From assembly GCA_963752475.1 (NCBI GenBank), contig CAVVYR010000006.1, forward strand, positions 320,001-384,000: a stretch of 64,000 nt of DNA. The letters run 5' to 3'. A program made the translations under genes and the position numbers. The notes beneath the pieces were generated by a model. The model worked only from the letters and a program-made list of their open reading frames with translations, was not told the DNA's origin and ran no database searches. Below are positions 29,832-38,114 of the stretch, piece after piece (position 1 is the first letter of the stretch; the number at the start of each line of letters is the position of its first letter). Origin of the DNA: an uncultured Chloroflexia bacterium (GTDB lineage: Bacteria > Chloroflexota > Limnocylindria > Limnocylindrales > CSP1-4).

Positions 29832-31127
29832 TTGCGCTTCGTCCTGAACCGCCTTGCCCGTGTCATCGCTGCCGTCAGTCTGGCCATGGTACTGGCGGTT
29901 CCGGGGGTGGTCGCACAGGAGGACGAGGTCTCGTTCATGGTCTTCGGCGACCCTGCCGAGCTCGCGGCCTACCAGTCGCTCGCGGCCGCGTTCGAAGAGG
30001 CCTATCCGGACATCGAGCTCGAACTCATCCACATCCCCTCGGCCTCGGACTACCGGGCGCGGCTGGGAGTGGATTTCGCTGCCGGAGACCCCGCGGACGT
30101 GGTGCTCATCAACTACCGCCGCTACGCCCCCTTCGCGGCCATGGGTGCGCTGGAGCCGCTGGCGCCGTACCTGCGTGCGAGCGACGTCATCGGCGAGAGC
30201 GACTTCTTCGGGGTCGCCACCGATCCGTTCAAGTGGCGTGGCCAGCTGCTGTGCATCCCCCAGAACATCAGCAGCCTCGTCGTCTACTACAACCGGGCGC
30301 TCTTCGACGAGGCCGGCCTGCCATATCCGGAGGATGACTGGACGCAGGCCGAGTTCCTCGAGACGGCCAAGGCGTTGACGCGCGATACCGATGGCGACGG
30401 TGAGGTCGATCAGTACGGCCTCGGCACCGAGCCCTCGATCTTCCGTCTGGCGCCGTTCGTGTGGGGGGCCGGCGGGGAGTTGGTGGTGCTGGAGTCCGGG
30501 CTGCGGCCGATCCGCCTGGCGCTCGACTCACGGGCCGCGCGCGAGGCCGTCGAGTGGTTCGTCGAGCTGCAGACCGTGCACGGCGTCGTGCCCGACGCGG
30601 TCGCCGAGACCGCCGAATCGAGTGAGAGCCGCTTCCTCAACGGGCGCACGGCGATGTTCCTGAACTCGCGCCGAGGCACGCCCACCGCGCGGGCCGTGGA
30701 CGGGCTCGACTGGGACGTGGCGGCGCTGCCGATCGCGGTCGAACCGGCGAGCATCCTGCACTCGGACGCCTACTGCATGGCCGCGGCGACCGAGGACAAG
30801 GACGCGGCCTGGACGTTCATCGAATACGCCAACTCGCCGGAGGGACAAGCCATCGTGGCCGGATCGGGCCGGACGGTGCCCTCGCTCAAGGCCGTGGCCT
30901 CGTCGGAGGCCTTCCTCGATCCGTCCGCGTCTCCGGCCAACAGCGCGGTCTGGCTCGAGACCGTCGACACGCTCAGGACCGTGCCGGTCATGGCAGCCTG
31001 GGTCGACATCGAGGAGCTCACCGGGGACGAGCTGGAGCGGGCGTTCTACGGCCAGGCGTCGGTGGACGAGGTCATCGACGCGATGATCGCGCGCACGGCC
31101 CCGTTCTTCGCGGGCGAGGAAGGCTAG
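29832..31127 (+). CDS. Sugar ABC (CUT1) substrate-binding protein
   Basis: Signal peptide; VVYYNRALFDEAGL.YP..DWT, DAAWTFI. Confidence 0.9.
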   Translation: MRFVLNRLARVIAAVSLAMVLAVPGVVAQEDEVSFMVFGDPAELAAYQSLAAAFEEAYPDIELELIHIPSASDYRARLGVDFAAGDPADVVLINYRRYAPFAAMGALEPLAPYLRASDVIGESDFFGVATDPFKWRGQLLCIPQNISSLVVYYNRALFDEAGLPYPEDDWTQAEFLETAKALTRDTDGDGEVDQYGLGTEPSIFRLAPFVWGAGGELVVLESGLRPIRLALDSRAAREAVEWFVELQTVHGVVPDAVAETAESSESRFLNGRTAMFLNSRRGTPTARAVDGLDWDVAALPIAVEPASILHSDAYCMAAATEDKDAAWTFIEYANSPEGQAIVAGSGRTVPSLKAVASSEAFLDPSASPANSAVWLETVDTLRTVPVMAAWVDIEELTGDELERAFYGQASVDEVIDAMIARTAPFFAGEEG

Positions 31128-31142
31128 GGCACACTGCCCTCG

Positions 31143-32015
31143 ATGAACTCCTGGCGAGCCGGCCTGTGGGCCATGCTGCTGCCGTACCTGCTGGGCACGC
31201 TCGTGCTGGTGGGTCTGCCGGCGCTGATGTCCGGGGTCCTCGCGTTCACGACCTACGACGCGCTGACGCCGCCGGTCTACGTCGGCTTCGCCAACTTCCG
31301 CCTCCTCGCGGCCGACCCCATCGTGGGCCAGGCCTTGGCCAACTCGCTCTTCTTCATCCTGCTGGCGGTGCCGCTGCGCATCGTCGGTGCCTTGGGCCTG
31401 GCCCTGCTGCTCCGCCGACCGCGTCGCGGCGGCGGTGCCTATCGAGCGGCGGTGTACGTGCCCACGGTCATCCCGGAGGTGGCCTTCGCGCTCATCTGGC
31501 TGTGGATCTTCAATCCGGTCTTCGGGCCGGTCAACGTGGCGCTCGAGGCGCTGGGGTTGCCCACGCCCGGCTGGCTGGCCGACGCCGATACCGCGCGGTT
31601 CCCGTTCGTGATCATGGCCGCCTTCGTCATCGGGGAGGGCTTCGTGGTGCTGCTGGCCGCGCTACGCGGGCTCTCGCAGGAGGTCTACGACGCGGGCGCG
31701 GTCGATGGCGCCGGCCGCTGGGCGGCGTTCCGCTACCTGACGTTCCCGCTGCTGCTGCCTTGGCTGGCGCTGCTCACCGCCCGTGACGTCGTGCTCAGCT
31801 TCCAGTGGACCTTCACACCCTCGTTCGTGATGACCGGTGGCGACCCCTACTACGCCACCATGTTCCTGCCGCTGCTGACGTACGAGGAGGCCTTCGACCG
31901 CTTCCGCTTCGGCGCGGGCTCAGCGCTGATGCTGCTGACGTTCCTGCTGTCGGTGGCCATCATCGGCGGCATCTACCTGCTCTTCCGCCGCCGCGGCTAC
32001 GTGGCCGATGTCTGA
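31143..32015 (+). CDS. Sugar ABC permease
   Basis: VGFANF, EVYDAGAVDGA EAA loop. Confidence 0.9.
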   Translation: MNSWRAGLWAMLLPYLLGTLVLVGLPALMSGVLAFTTYDALTPPVYVGFANFRLLAADPIVGQALANSLFFILLAVPLRIVGALGLALLLRRPRRGGGAYRAAVYVPTVIPEVAFALIWLWIFNPVFGPVNVALEALGLPTPGWLADADTARFPFVIMAAFVIGEGFVVLLAALRGLSQEVYDAGAVDGAGRWAAFRYLTFPLLLPWLALLTARDVVLSFQWTFTPSFVMTGGDPYYATMFLPLLTYEEAFDRFRFGAGSALMLLTFLLSVAIIGGIYLLFRRRGYVADV

Positions 32016-32829
32016 GCGCCGCGGCTGGCTGGGCCGCCATCTGGCCCCGATGGTCGTGGCCGTGATCTTCCTGCTGCCGCTGCTGTGGATGGTCACGACC
32101 TCGCTGCGCGGTCCCGGGCTGGCGCCACCCTCGACGGTCGAGTGGGTGCCGCCGCAGGCCACGGTCGGCAACTACGGCTCGGTCTTCGAGCTGCTGCCCT
32201 TCGGGCGCTATCTGCTCAACTCGCTCGTGGTGGTGGCGCTGGCGGTGCCGCTCACCATCGTCACGGCCTCGATGGCCGGCTTCGCCATGGCCCTGCTGGA
32301 GCGGCGGGTGAGGGGAGCGCTGCTGGTGCTCTCGGTGGCGTTGCTGCTGGTGCCGGTGACCGCGCTGTGGCTGACGCGCTTCCTGCTCTTCAACTGGGTC
32401 GGGCTGACCGACACGTTGGCCGCGCTGGTGGTCCCGGCGCTGGCGGGATCGAGCCCGCTGTTCGTGCTCATCTACTACTGGACCTTCCGTCGCGCGTCGG
32501 CCGAGGTCTTCGAGATGGCCCACCTCGACGGGGCGGGACCGCTGGGTGTCTGGCGCCGCATCGCCATGCCCAACGCCTGGCCCTCGACGGTGGCGGTGGC
32601 GGTACTGACGTTCATCCTCTACTGGAGCGACTTCATCAGCCCGCTGCTGTACCTGCGCGATCAGGACCTCTACACGCTGCCTCTGGGTCTACGACAGCTC
32701 CAGCAGCTCGACCCCACCGGCTGGCCGCTGCTGATGGCCGGCGCGGTCATGCTCACGCTGCCGGCGGTGCTCTTCTTCCTCGTCGTGGGGCGGCTCTTCC
32801 TCGGCGAGCGAGGTCTGGGTCGGGAGTAG
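32008..32829 (+). CDS. Sugar ABC permease
   Basis: EMAHLDGA EAA loop, WSDFISPL, TLPLGL. Confidence 0.9.
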   Translation: MSERRGWLGRHLAPMVVAVIFLLPLLWMVTTSLRGPGLAPPSTVEWVPPQATVGNYGSVFELLPFGRYLLNSLVVVALAVPLTIVTASMAGFAMALLERRVRGALLVLSVALLLVPVTALWLTRFLLFNWVGLTDTLAALVVPALAGSSPLFVLIYYWTFRRASAEVFEMAHLDGAGPLGVWRRIAMPNAWPSTVAVAVLTFILYWSDFISPLLYLRDQDLYTLPLGLRQLQQLDPTGWPLLMAGAVMLTLPAVLFFLVVGRLFLGERGLGRE

Positions 32830-33069
32830 TCAGGCCGCTTCGTAGGTCGCGAGGACGGTGCCTACCACCGCGTCCGCGCCGGCCTCGACGAGGATCTCGG
32901 TCAGGCGTCCCGCGGCCGGCATCTCCAGGTCGACGTTGGCCTTCTCGGTCTCGATCTCGGCGATGACCTCACCCTCCATGACCGTGTCGCCGACAGCCTT
33001 GAGCCAGGCGCTCACGCGGGCTTCATCGGTCTCGGCACCGAGGTTGGGCATCTTGATGGGGAGGCTCAC
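32830..33069 (-). CDS. Stand-alone lipoyl-domain protein (79 aa); GTG start created by the IS end
   Basis: IKMPNLG...W....GD.V..GE...EIETEKA lipoyl-Lys motif. Confidence 0.9.
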   Translation of the reverse strand: MSLPIKMPNLGAETDEARVSAWLKAVGDTVMEGEVIAEIETEKANVDLEMPAAGRLTEILVEAGADAVVGTVLATYEAA

Positions 33070-34622
33070 TGGTGCACCCTCTTCCTGTCGGTAGTCGCAG
33101 ATCGACTGCCGATGCACCCGAGGTGCCGTCGGGTCACTGCCCCGCTCGCTCGAACCTTCGAGGTCCAGCATGAGTTCCGCAGGGCCCGGCGGTCATCCGG
33201 GACGCCGTGACCGTCGACAGGGCTGTGCGCCATGGCCATCACCGGCCGGGAGCGCCGATCAGTGAGCTGACAGGCAGATGCGTCCCGGCACCGAGATGCG
33301 GGTGCCTCCCCACTGGGATCAGCAGCGAGGAGGCTGACATGCAGTCTGCCAGTATCACCCCGAGTCGGGGCTCGTCCGACCAGCCCGTCAGCGTCGCCGT
33401 CACCGGTGGCGTGGACTGGGCCAGCGCCGATCATGCCGTGGCCGTCGTCGACGACGATGGCCGCCAGCTCGCCCGCGAGCGCGTCGAGCACACCGCCGCG
33501 GGCCTGCGGGCGATGGTGCGGTTCCTGGCCGATCATGGCGTGGCCGAGGTCGCCATCGAGCGTGGCGACGGCCCGGTGGTCGAGGCCCTGCTCGACGCCG
33601 GGCTGACCGTCGTCGTCATCAGCCCCAACCAGCTCAAGGGCCTCCGTTCGCGCTACGGCTCGGCCGGCAACAAGGACGACCGCTTCGACGCCTTCGTGCT
33701 CGCCGACACCCTGCGCACCGACCGGGCCCGGCTTCGCCCGCTGACCCAGGACACCGAGGCCACGCGGACCCTGCGCGCCACCGTGCGGGCCCGTCGCGAC
33801 CTGGTCAGGCACCGCGTCGCGGTGTGCAACCAGCTTCGCGCCCACCTGCAGGCCACCTTCCCCGGCGTGGTCGGCCTGTTCGCAGAGCTGGACTCGCCGA
33901 TCAGCCTGGCCTTCCTGGCCCGCTTCGACTCCCAGGCACGTGCCGACTGGCTCTCCCCCGGGCGGCTGGCGGCCTGGCTGGCCAGCGTCGGCTACAGCGG
34001 CCGCAAGGACCCCGCCGACCTCCATGCCCGACTGCAGGCCGCACCCCGGGGCCCGGTCGGACCCGACGGTGCCGCCCGGGCCCATGTCACCCGCGCCCTG
34101 CTCAGCGTGCTCGACGGCCTGGTCGAGCAGATCGGGACCCTCGAGGCGCAGATCACCGAGCAGCTCGCCCTTCACGCCGACGCCCACATCTTCCGGTCCC
34201 TGCCCCGGAGCGGCACCGTCCGCGCCGCCCGGCTGCTCGCCGAGATCGGCGACGTCCGCGCCCGCTTCCCCGACGCCGCCTCCCTGGCCTGCCTGGCCGG
34301 CGTCGCGCCCTCGACCAGACAGTCCGGCAAGCACCGAGCCGTCACGTTCCGCTGGGCGGTCGACAAGGAGCTCCGCGACGCGGTCTGCGACTTCGCCGGC
34401 GACTCCCGACGCGCCAACCCCTGGGCCGCGAAGATCTATGACGACGCCATCGCCCGGGGCAAGGACCACCCCCACGCGACCCGCATCCTGGCCCGTGCCT
34501 GGCTCGGCGTGATCTGGCGCTGCTGGCAGGATGACGCCGCCTACGAACCCGCCCGACACCACGCCCTCCAGGCCATGCAGGACACCGCCATGGCGGCCCA
34601 GGGTTGACACAGGGCTACTCAT
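33066..34622 (-). CDS. Element-spanning antisense ORF (518 aa), Hed-like; putative translational-coupling relay
   Basis: Begins at the host ATG overlapping the upstream TGA and ends at a TGA overlapping the downstream GTG. Protein function unsupported. Confidence 0.45.
   Translation of the reverse strand: MSSPVSTLGRHGGVLHGLEGVVSGGFVGGVILPAAPDHAEPGTGQDAGRVGVVLAPGDGVVIDLRGPGVGASGVAGEVADRVAELLVDRPAERDGSVLAGLSGRGRDAGQAGQGGGVGEAGADVADLGEQPGGADGAAPGQGPEDVGVGVKGELLGDLRLEGPDLLDQAVEHAEQGAGDMGPGGTVGSDRAPGCGLQSGMEVGGVLAAAVADAGQPGRQPPGGEPVGTCLGVEAGQEGQADRRVQLCEQADHAGEGGLQVGAKLVAHRDAVPDQVATGPHGGAQGPRGLGVLGQRAKPGPVGAQGVGEHEGVEAVVLVAGRAVARTEALELVGADDDDGQPGVEQGLDHRAVATLDGDLGHAMIGQEPHHRPQARGGVLDALAGELAAIVVDDGHGMIGAGPVHATGDGDADGLVGRAPTRGDTGRLHVSLLAADPSGEAPASRCRDASACQLTDRRSRPVMAMAHSPVDGHGVPDDRRALRNSCWTSKVRASGAVTRRHLGCIGSRSATTDRKRVHQ
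33095..33320 (+). ncRNA. Putative IS110 bridge RNA (boundaries approximate)
   Basis: Non-coding left end with two internal loops whose strands match target (CTCGCTC, GCATGAG) and donor (ACAGGGCT, CAGTGAG) sequences. Confidence 0.7.
33339..34607 (+). CDS. IS110-family DEDD transposase/recombinase
   Basis: GVDWA, AIE, KDDRFDA (RuvC-like DEDD), AGVAPSTRQSG catalytic Ser; GAGGAGG RBS. Confidence 0.95.
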   Translation: MQSASITPSRGSSDQPVSVAVTGGVDWASADHAVAVVDDDGRQLARERVEHTAAGLRAMVRFLADHGVAEVAIERGDGPVVEALLDAGLTVVVISPNQLKGLRSRYGSAGNKDDRFDAFVLADTLRTDRARLRPLTQDTEATRTLRATVRARRDLVRHRVAVCNQLRAHLQATFPGVVGLFAELDSPISLAFLARFDSQARADWLSPGRLAAWLASVGYSGRKDPADLHARLQAAPRGPVGPDGAARAHVTRALLSVLDGLVEQIGTLEAQITEQLALHADAHIFRSLPRSGTVRAARLLAEIGDVRARFPDAASLACLAGVAPSTRQSGKHRAVTFRWAVDKELRDAVCDFAGDSRRANPWAAKIYDDAIARGKDHPHATRILARAWLGVIWRCWQDDAAYEPARHHALQAMQDTAMAAQG

Positions 34623-36784
34623 GCGTCGTCCTTTCCGGCCGCGGTCATGATGGCGGCCTCGATGTCGGCGTCCTGGATGTGCACGAAGTCCTCGAGCGGC
34701 TTGCTCACCGGCGAGTAGGCATCGAGGCCGGTCACGCGCAAGGGCGCGCTGCGCAGGAGCGCGTGCAGGTCGGGCTGCAGGTAGTCCAGGATGCGCCCGC
34801 CCATCGAGAGCGTGCGCTGGGCATCCTCGGCGATGACGAGCGCCCCCGTGCGAGCGACCGAATCCAGCACGGCCGCGCGCGGGAAGCTGGGCTCGTCGAG
34901 CCAGCGCGGGTCGAGGACCTCGGCTTCGACGCCGCGGTCGGCCAGCGTGGCGGTCACCTCTGCCACACGCGTGGCCGCGTAGCCCCAGGTCAGGACGGTC
35001 ACATCGCGCCCTGATCGCACCAGGCGTGCCTTCCCGAACTCGACCACGTGGTCGAAGCCGGCGCCCGGGAGCACACCCGTGATCTTGGCCAGGCGATGGT
35101 CGTCGATGATGAGCACCGGGTCACGACTGAGCACGGCCGCGTTCCAGCAGCCGACGTAGTCGGCCGGGGTCGTGGGTGCGGCCACGCGCCAGCCGGGATA
35201 GGACGTGAACAGGCCGGCCGGGTCGCAGGAGTGCTGCGGTCCGTAGCCGCGCCCCCGGGCGATCTGCGTGCGCGCGATGACGGGCACCTCGTGGTCGCCG
35301 CCATACATGTAGCGGCTCTTGGCGATGTGGTTGAAGAGCTGGTCGGTGGCCTCGAGTACGAAGTCGGGGTACATGAACTCGATGATCGGATGCATGCCCG
35401 CGAGCGCCGCTCCGAGGGCTGCGCCACTGAAGCCGTTCTCGCAGATGGGCGTCGAGAGGAGCTGCTGCGGGCGCGAGGCCACGGCTGACCGGGTCATGCC
35501 CACCGTGCCGCCGCCGAGGTGGCCGACCTCCTCGCCCAGGTAGATGGCCTCTGGGTCACGCTCGAGCGTGCGACCGATGACGCCCTGCGCGGCCTCGGCG
35601 TAGGTGACCGGCGCAGCCTCAGGGTCCGGCGTCGCGTCGAGGCGCTCGTAAGGGAGGTCCGGGAGGCCCGGGCCGAGCATGCCGCGATGGGCGTCCTCGA
35701 CCGGCGGGTAGAGCTCGGGCGGGATGGCTGGTCCGTCGTCGGTCTCGACCGTCAGTGCCGCCACGCAGCGGGCCACGAGCGCGTTGGCCAGGCCCTGCAC
35801 GTGCTGCACTTGCTCGGCACTGAGCAGCTCGGCTTCGATCACGCCGCGAGGCCAGGCGACCGCCGGGTCGCGATCCTTCCACTCGCGCTCCTCGTCCTTG
35901 CTGCGGTACTTGAAGGCCGAGCCGGGGAGGGGACCGTTCTGGTGGTAGTAGCGGTAGGTCACGGCTTCGACGAAGACCGGCCCGTGGGTGACCGCATGCT
36001 CGCGTGCTTGTGCCATCGCCTCGTATACCGCCACCGGGTCCATGCCGTCGACCACGAGCGCGGGCATGTCGTAGCCCGCGGCGCGCTTGGCCAGGCGCGT
36101 GAAGCCGGCCGTCTCCTGCACCGTGGTAGCGACCGAGTACTGGTTGTTCTCCAGCAGCAGGATGAGCGGCAGATCCCAGGCCCGCGCCAGTGCCGCCGCT
36201 TCGTGGAAGGCACCGATCTGGCTGGCACCGTCGCCGAACGAAGCCACGCCCACGTCACCCGTCCCGCGCAGCTTCGAGGCCAGGGCATAGCCGCCGGCGG
36301 GCGGGATGCCACCACCCACGATAGCCGTGGTCATGACACCGCCTTCGCGGTCCCACAGGTGCATCGAGCCGCCGCGGCCGTGGCAGAGCCCTTGTTCGAG
36401 GCCCATGATCTCGGCCATCGTGCGCTGCACGGGTTCGGCCATGGCCTCGGTCACCGTCTCGGCCGTGAAGGGGTCGAAGTCATCCGGGGTAGCCGAGAGC
36501 AGCAGCTTGGCCACCACGTCGTGATGGGCGCGATGGGTCGAGGTCAGCCAGTCACTCGGGCGCAAGGCCAGTGCCGCGCCCGTGGCCGTGGCCTCCTGGC
36601 CGATGCTCGAGTGCAGCGGTCCGTGCACCAGGCCCGCGTTGTCGAGCAGCCACTTCTCGAAGCGACGGATGGTCCCGATGCTGAGGATGGCCAGCCCCAG
36701 GCGGCGCTTGGGCGTGCCGGCGAGCACGTCCGTGGACAGCTCGTAGCGGGTGAGGCCGGGCGTCGTCGTCGGCTCTGCGGTCAT
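34619..36784 (-). CDS. Fused alpha/beta ThDP-dependent 2-oxoacid/acetoin dehydrogenase E1
   Basis: HSSIGQEA, GRGGSMH, GDG...ENN, STPICE, GPQHS. Confidence 0.92.
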   Translation of the reverse strand: MTAEPTTTPGLTRYELSTDVLAGTPKRRLGLAILSIGTIRRFEKWLLDNAGLVHGPLHSSIGQEATATGAALALRPSDWLTSTHRAHHDVVAKLLLSATPDDFDPFTAETVTEAMAEPVQRTMAEIMGLEQGLCHGRGGSMHLWDREGGVMTTAIVGGGIPPAGGYALASKLRGTGDVGVASFGDGASQIGAFHEAAALARAWDLPLILLLENNQYSVATTVQETAGFTRLAKRAAGYDMPALVVDGMDPVAVYEAMAQAREHAVTHGPVFVEAVTYRYYHQNGPLPGSAFKYRSKDEEREWKDRDPAVAWPRGVIEAELLSAEQVQHVQGLANALVARCVAALTVETDDGPAIPPELYPPVEDAHRGMLGPGLPDLPYERLDATPDPEAAPVTYAEAAQGVIGRTLERDPEAIYLGEEVGHLGGGTVGMTRSAVASRPQQLLSTPICENGFSGAALGAALAGMHPIIEFMYPDFVLEATDQLFNHIAKSRYMYGGDHEVPVIARTQIARGRGYGPQHSCDPAGLFTSYPGWRVAAPTTPADYVGCWNAAVLSRDPVLIIDDHRLAKITGVLPGAGFDHVVEFGKARLVRSGRDVTVLTWGYAATRVAEVTATLADRGVEAEVLDPRWLDEPSFPRAAVLDSVARTGALVIAEDAQRTLSMGGRILDYLQPDLHALLRSAPLRVTGLDAYSPVSKPLEDFVHIQDADIEAAIMTAAGKDDA

Positions 36785-36803
36785 GGTGCTCCCCCTGCTG
36801 GGC

Positions 36804-37082
36804 TCAGGCGATGGTCTCGGGGATCTCGTCGGGCATGGCCTCGCCGGGCGCGAGGATGACCGCGATCACGGTGTTGTTGGGCACGATGTCGCCCTCGCCG
36901 TGGACGATCTTCGCGAGCACGCCGGCCGCGGTCGCCTCCAGCTCCACGGTGGCCTTGTCGGTCTCGACCTCCACGACGGGCTGACCCTTGCTGACGCTGT
37001 CACCCTCGGACACGAGCCAGGAGACGATCTCGCCCTCCTCCTGGTTCATGCCCAGCTTCGGCAGTGGGAAGAACGTGGCCAT
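36804..37082 (-). CDS. Stand-alone lipoyl-domain protein (92 aa)
   Basis: LPKLG, EVETDKA; AAGGAGG RBS. Confidence 0.9.
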   Translation of the reverse strand: MATFFPLPKLGMNQEEGEIVSWLVSEGDSVSKGQPVVEVETDKATVELEATAAGVLAKIVHGEGDIVPNNTVIAVILAPGEAMPDEIPETIA

Positions 37083-37103
37083 CGGTGTTGGACCTCCTTC
37101 GCC

Positions 37104-38114
37104 TCAGCGGCCGACGGCAGCGAGGACGGTTCGTTCGATGCGGGCCTCGTCGGGGATGACGAGGGCTTCGAGTGCGCGGTTGTAGGGCATGGGCACGTCG
37201 AGCCCGGCCACGATGCGCGGCTGCTCCTTGATCAGCTCGAAGCCGCGCTCCACGACCTGGGAGACGATCTCCCCGCCGATGTTCGAGCGCCGGTTGGCCT
37301 CGTGGACCACGACCAGTCGGCCGGTCTTCTCGAGTGAGGTCAGGACCGTCTCGTAGTCGAAGGGATAGACGGTGCGCGGGTCGATGACCTCGCACTCCAC
37401 CCCTTCAGCCGCGAGCCGCTCCGCCGCGGCCATGGCCTTGTGACGCATGATGCTGATGGCCACGACGGTGACGTCATCGCCCTCGCGAACGACATCGGCC
37501 TGACCGAAGGGGATGGTGTATTCCTCGACCGGCACCTCGCCCTTGATCTCGTAGCCGCGCTTGTGCTCGAAGAAGAGCACCGGATCATCGCTGCGGATGG
37601 CCGTGCGCAGCAGGCCCTTCACGTCGCCTGGGGTCGAGGGCATGACGATCTGCAGGCCGGGCACGGCGCTGAACCAGTTCTCGAACGATTGACTGTGCTG
37701 TGCCGCCTGCCCGCCGCCGGCACCGACCGGGGCACGGATGACCAGCGGCACGCTGATGGCGCCGCCGAACATGTAGCGGATCTTGGCGATCTGGTTGACC
37801 AGCTGGTCCATGCCGATGGTGATCCAGTCGCTGAAGAGGATCTCGGCGATGGGGCGGAGGCCGGTCGCCGCGGCACCCAGGGAGGCGCCCACGATGGCGG
37901 CTTCGCTGATGGGCGTATCGAGGACACGCTGCGGCCCGAACTCGTCCCATAGCCCTTTGGTCACGCCAAAGGGGTTGCCGCGCACGCCCACGTCGCAGCC
38001 GAGGATGATCACCGACGGGTCGCGAGCCATCTCCTCGCGCAGCGTCTCGTTGATGGCGCGCTTGACGTTCATGCGCCGGGGCTTGGACGCGGTCGGTGCT
38101 GGCTGTGCGGTCAT
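37104..38114 (-). CDS. E1 beta subunit (AcoB/PdhB-like)
   Basis: DTPISE, DQLVNQIAK, AAQHSQ, FFEHK. Confidence 0.93.
   Translation of the reverse strand: MTAQPAPTASKPRRMNVKRAINETLREEMARDPSVIILGCDVGVRGNPFGVTKGLWDEFGPQRVLDTPISEAAIVGASLGAAATGLRPIAEILFSDWITIGMDQLVNQIAKIRYMFGGAISVPLVIRAPVGAGGGQAAQHSQSFENWFSAVPGLQIVMPSTPGDVKGLLRTAIRSDDPVLFFEHKRGYEIKGEVPVEEYTIPFGQADVVREGDDVTVVAISIMRHKAMAAAERLAAEGVECEVIDPRTVYPFDYETVLTSLEKTGRLVVVHEANRRSNIGGEIVSQVVERGFELIKEQPRIVAGLDVPMPYNRALEALVIPDEARIERTVLAAVGR

Larger units (their letters stand above)
33065..34621 (+). mobile_element. Complete IS110-family element flanked by CTCA core copies
   Basis: CTCA at 33065-33068 and 34618-34621; removing the element restores an ATGA overlap between host genes; no terminal inverted repeats seen. 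Confidence 0.95.
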
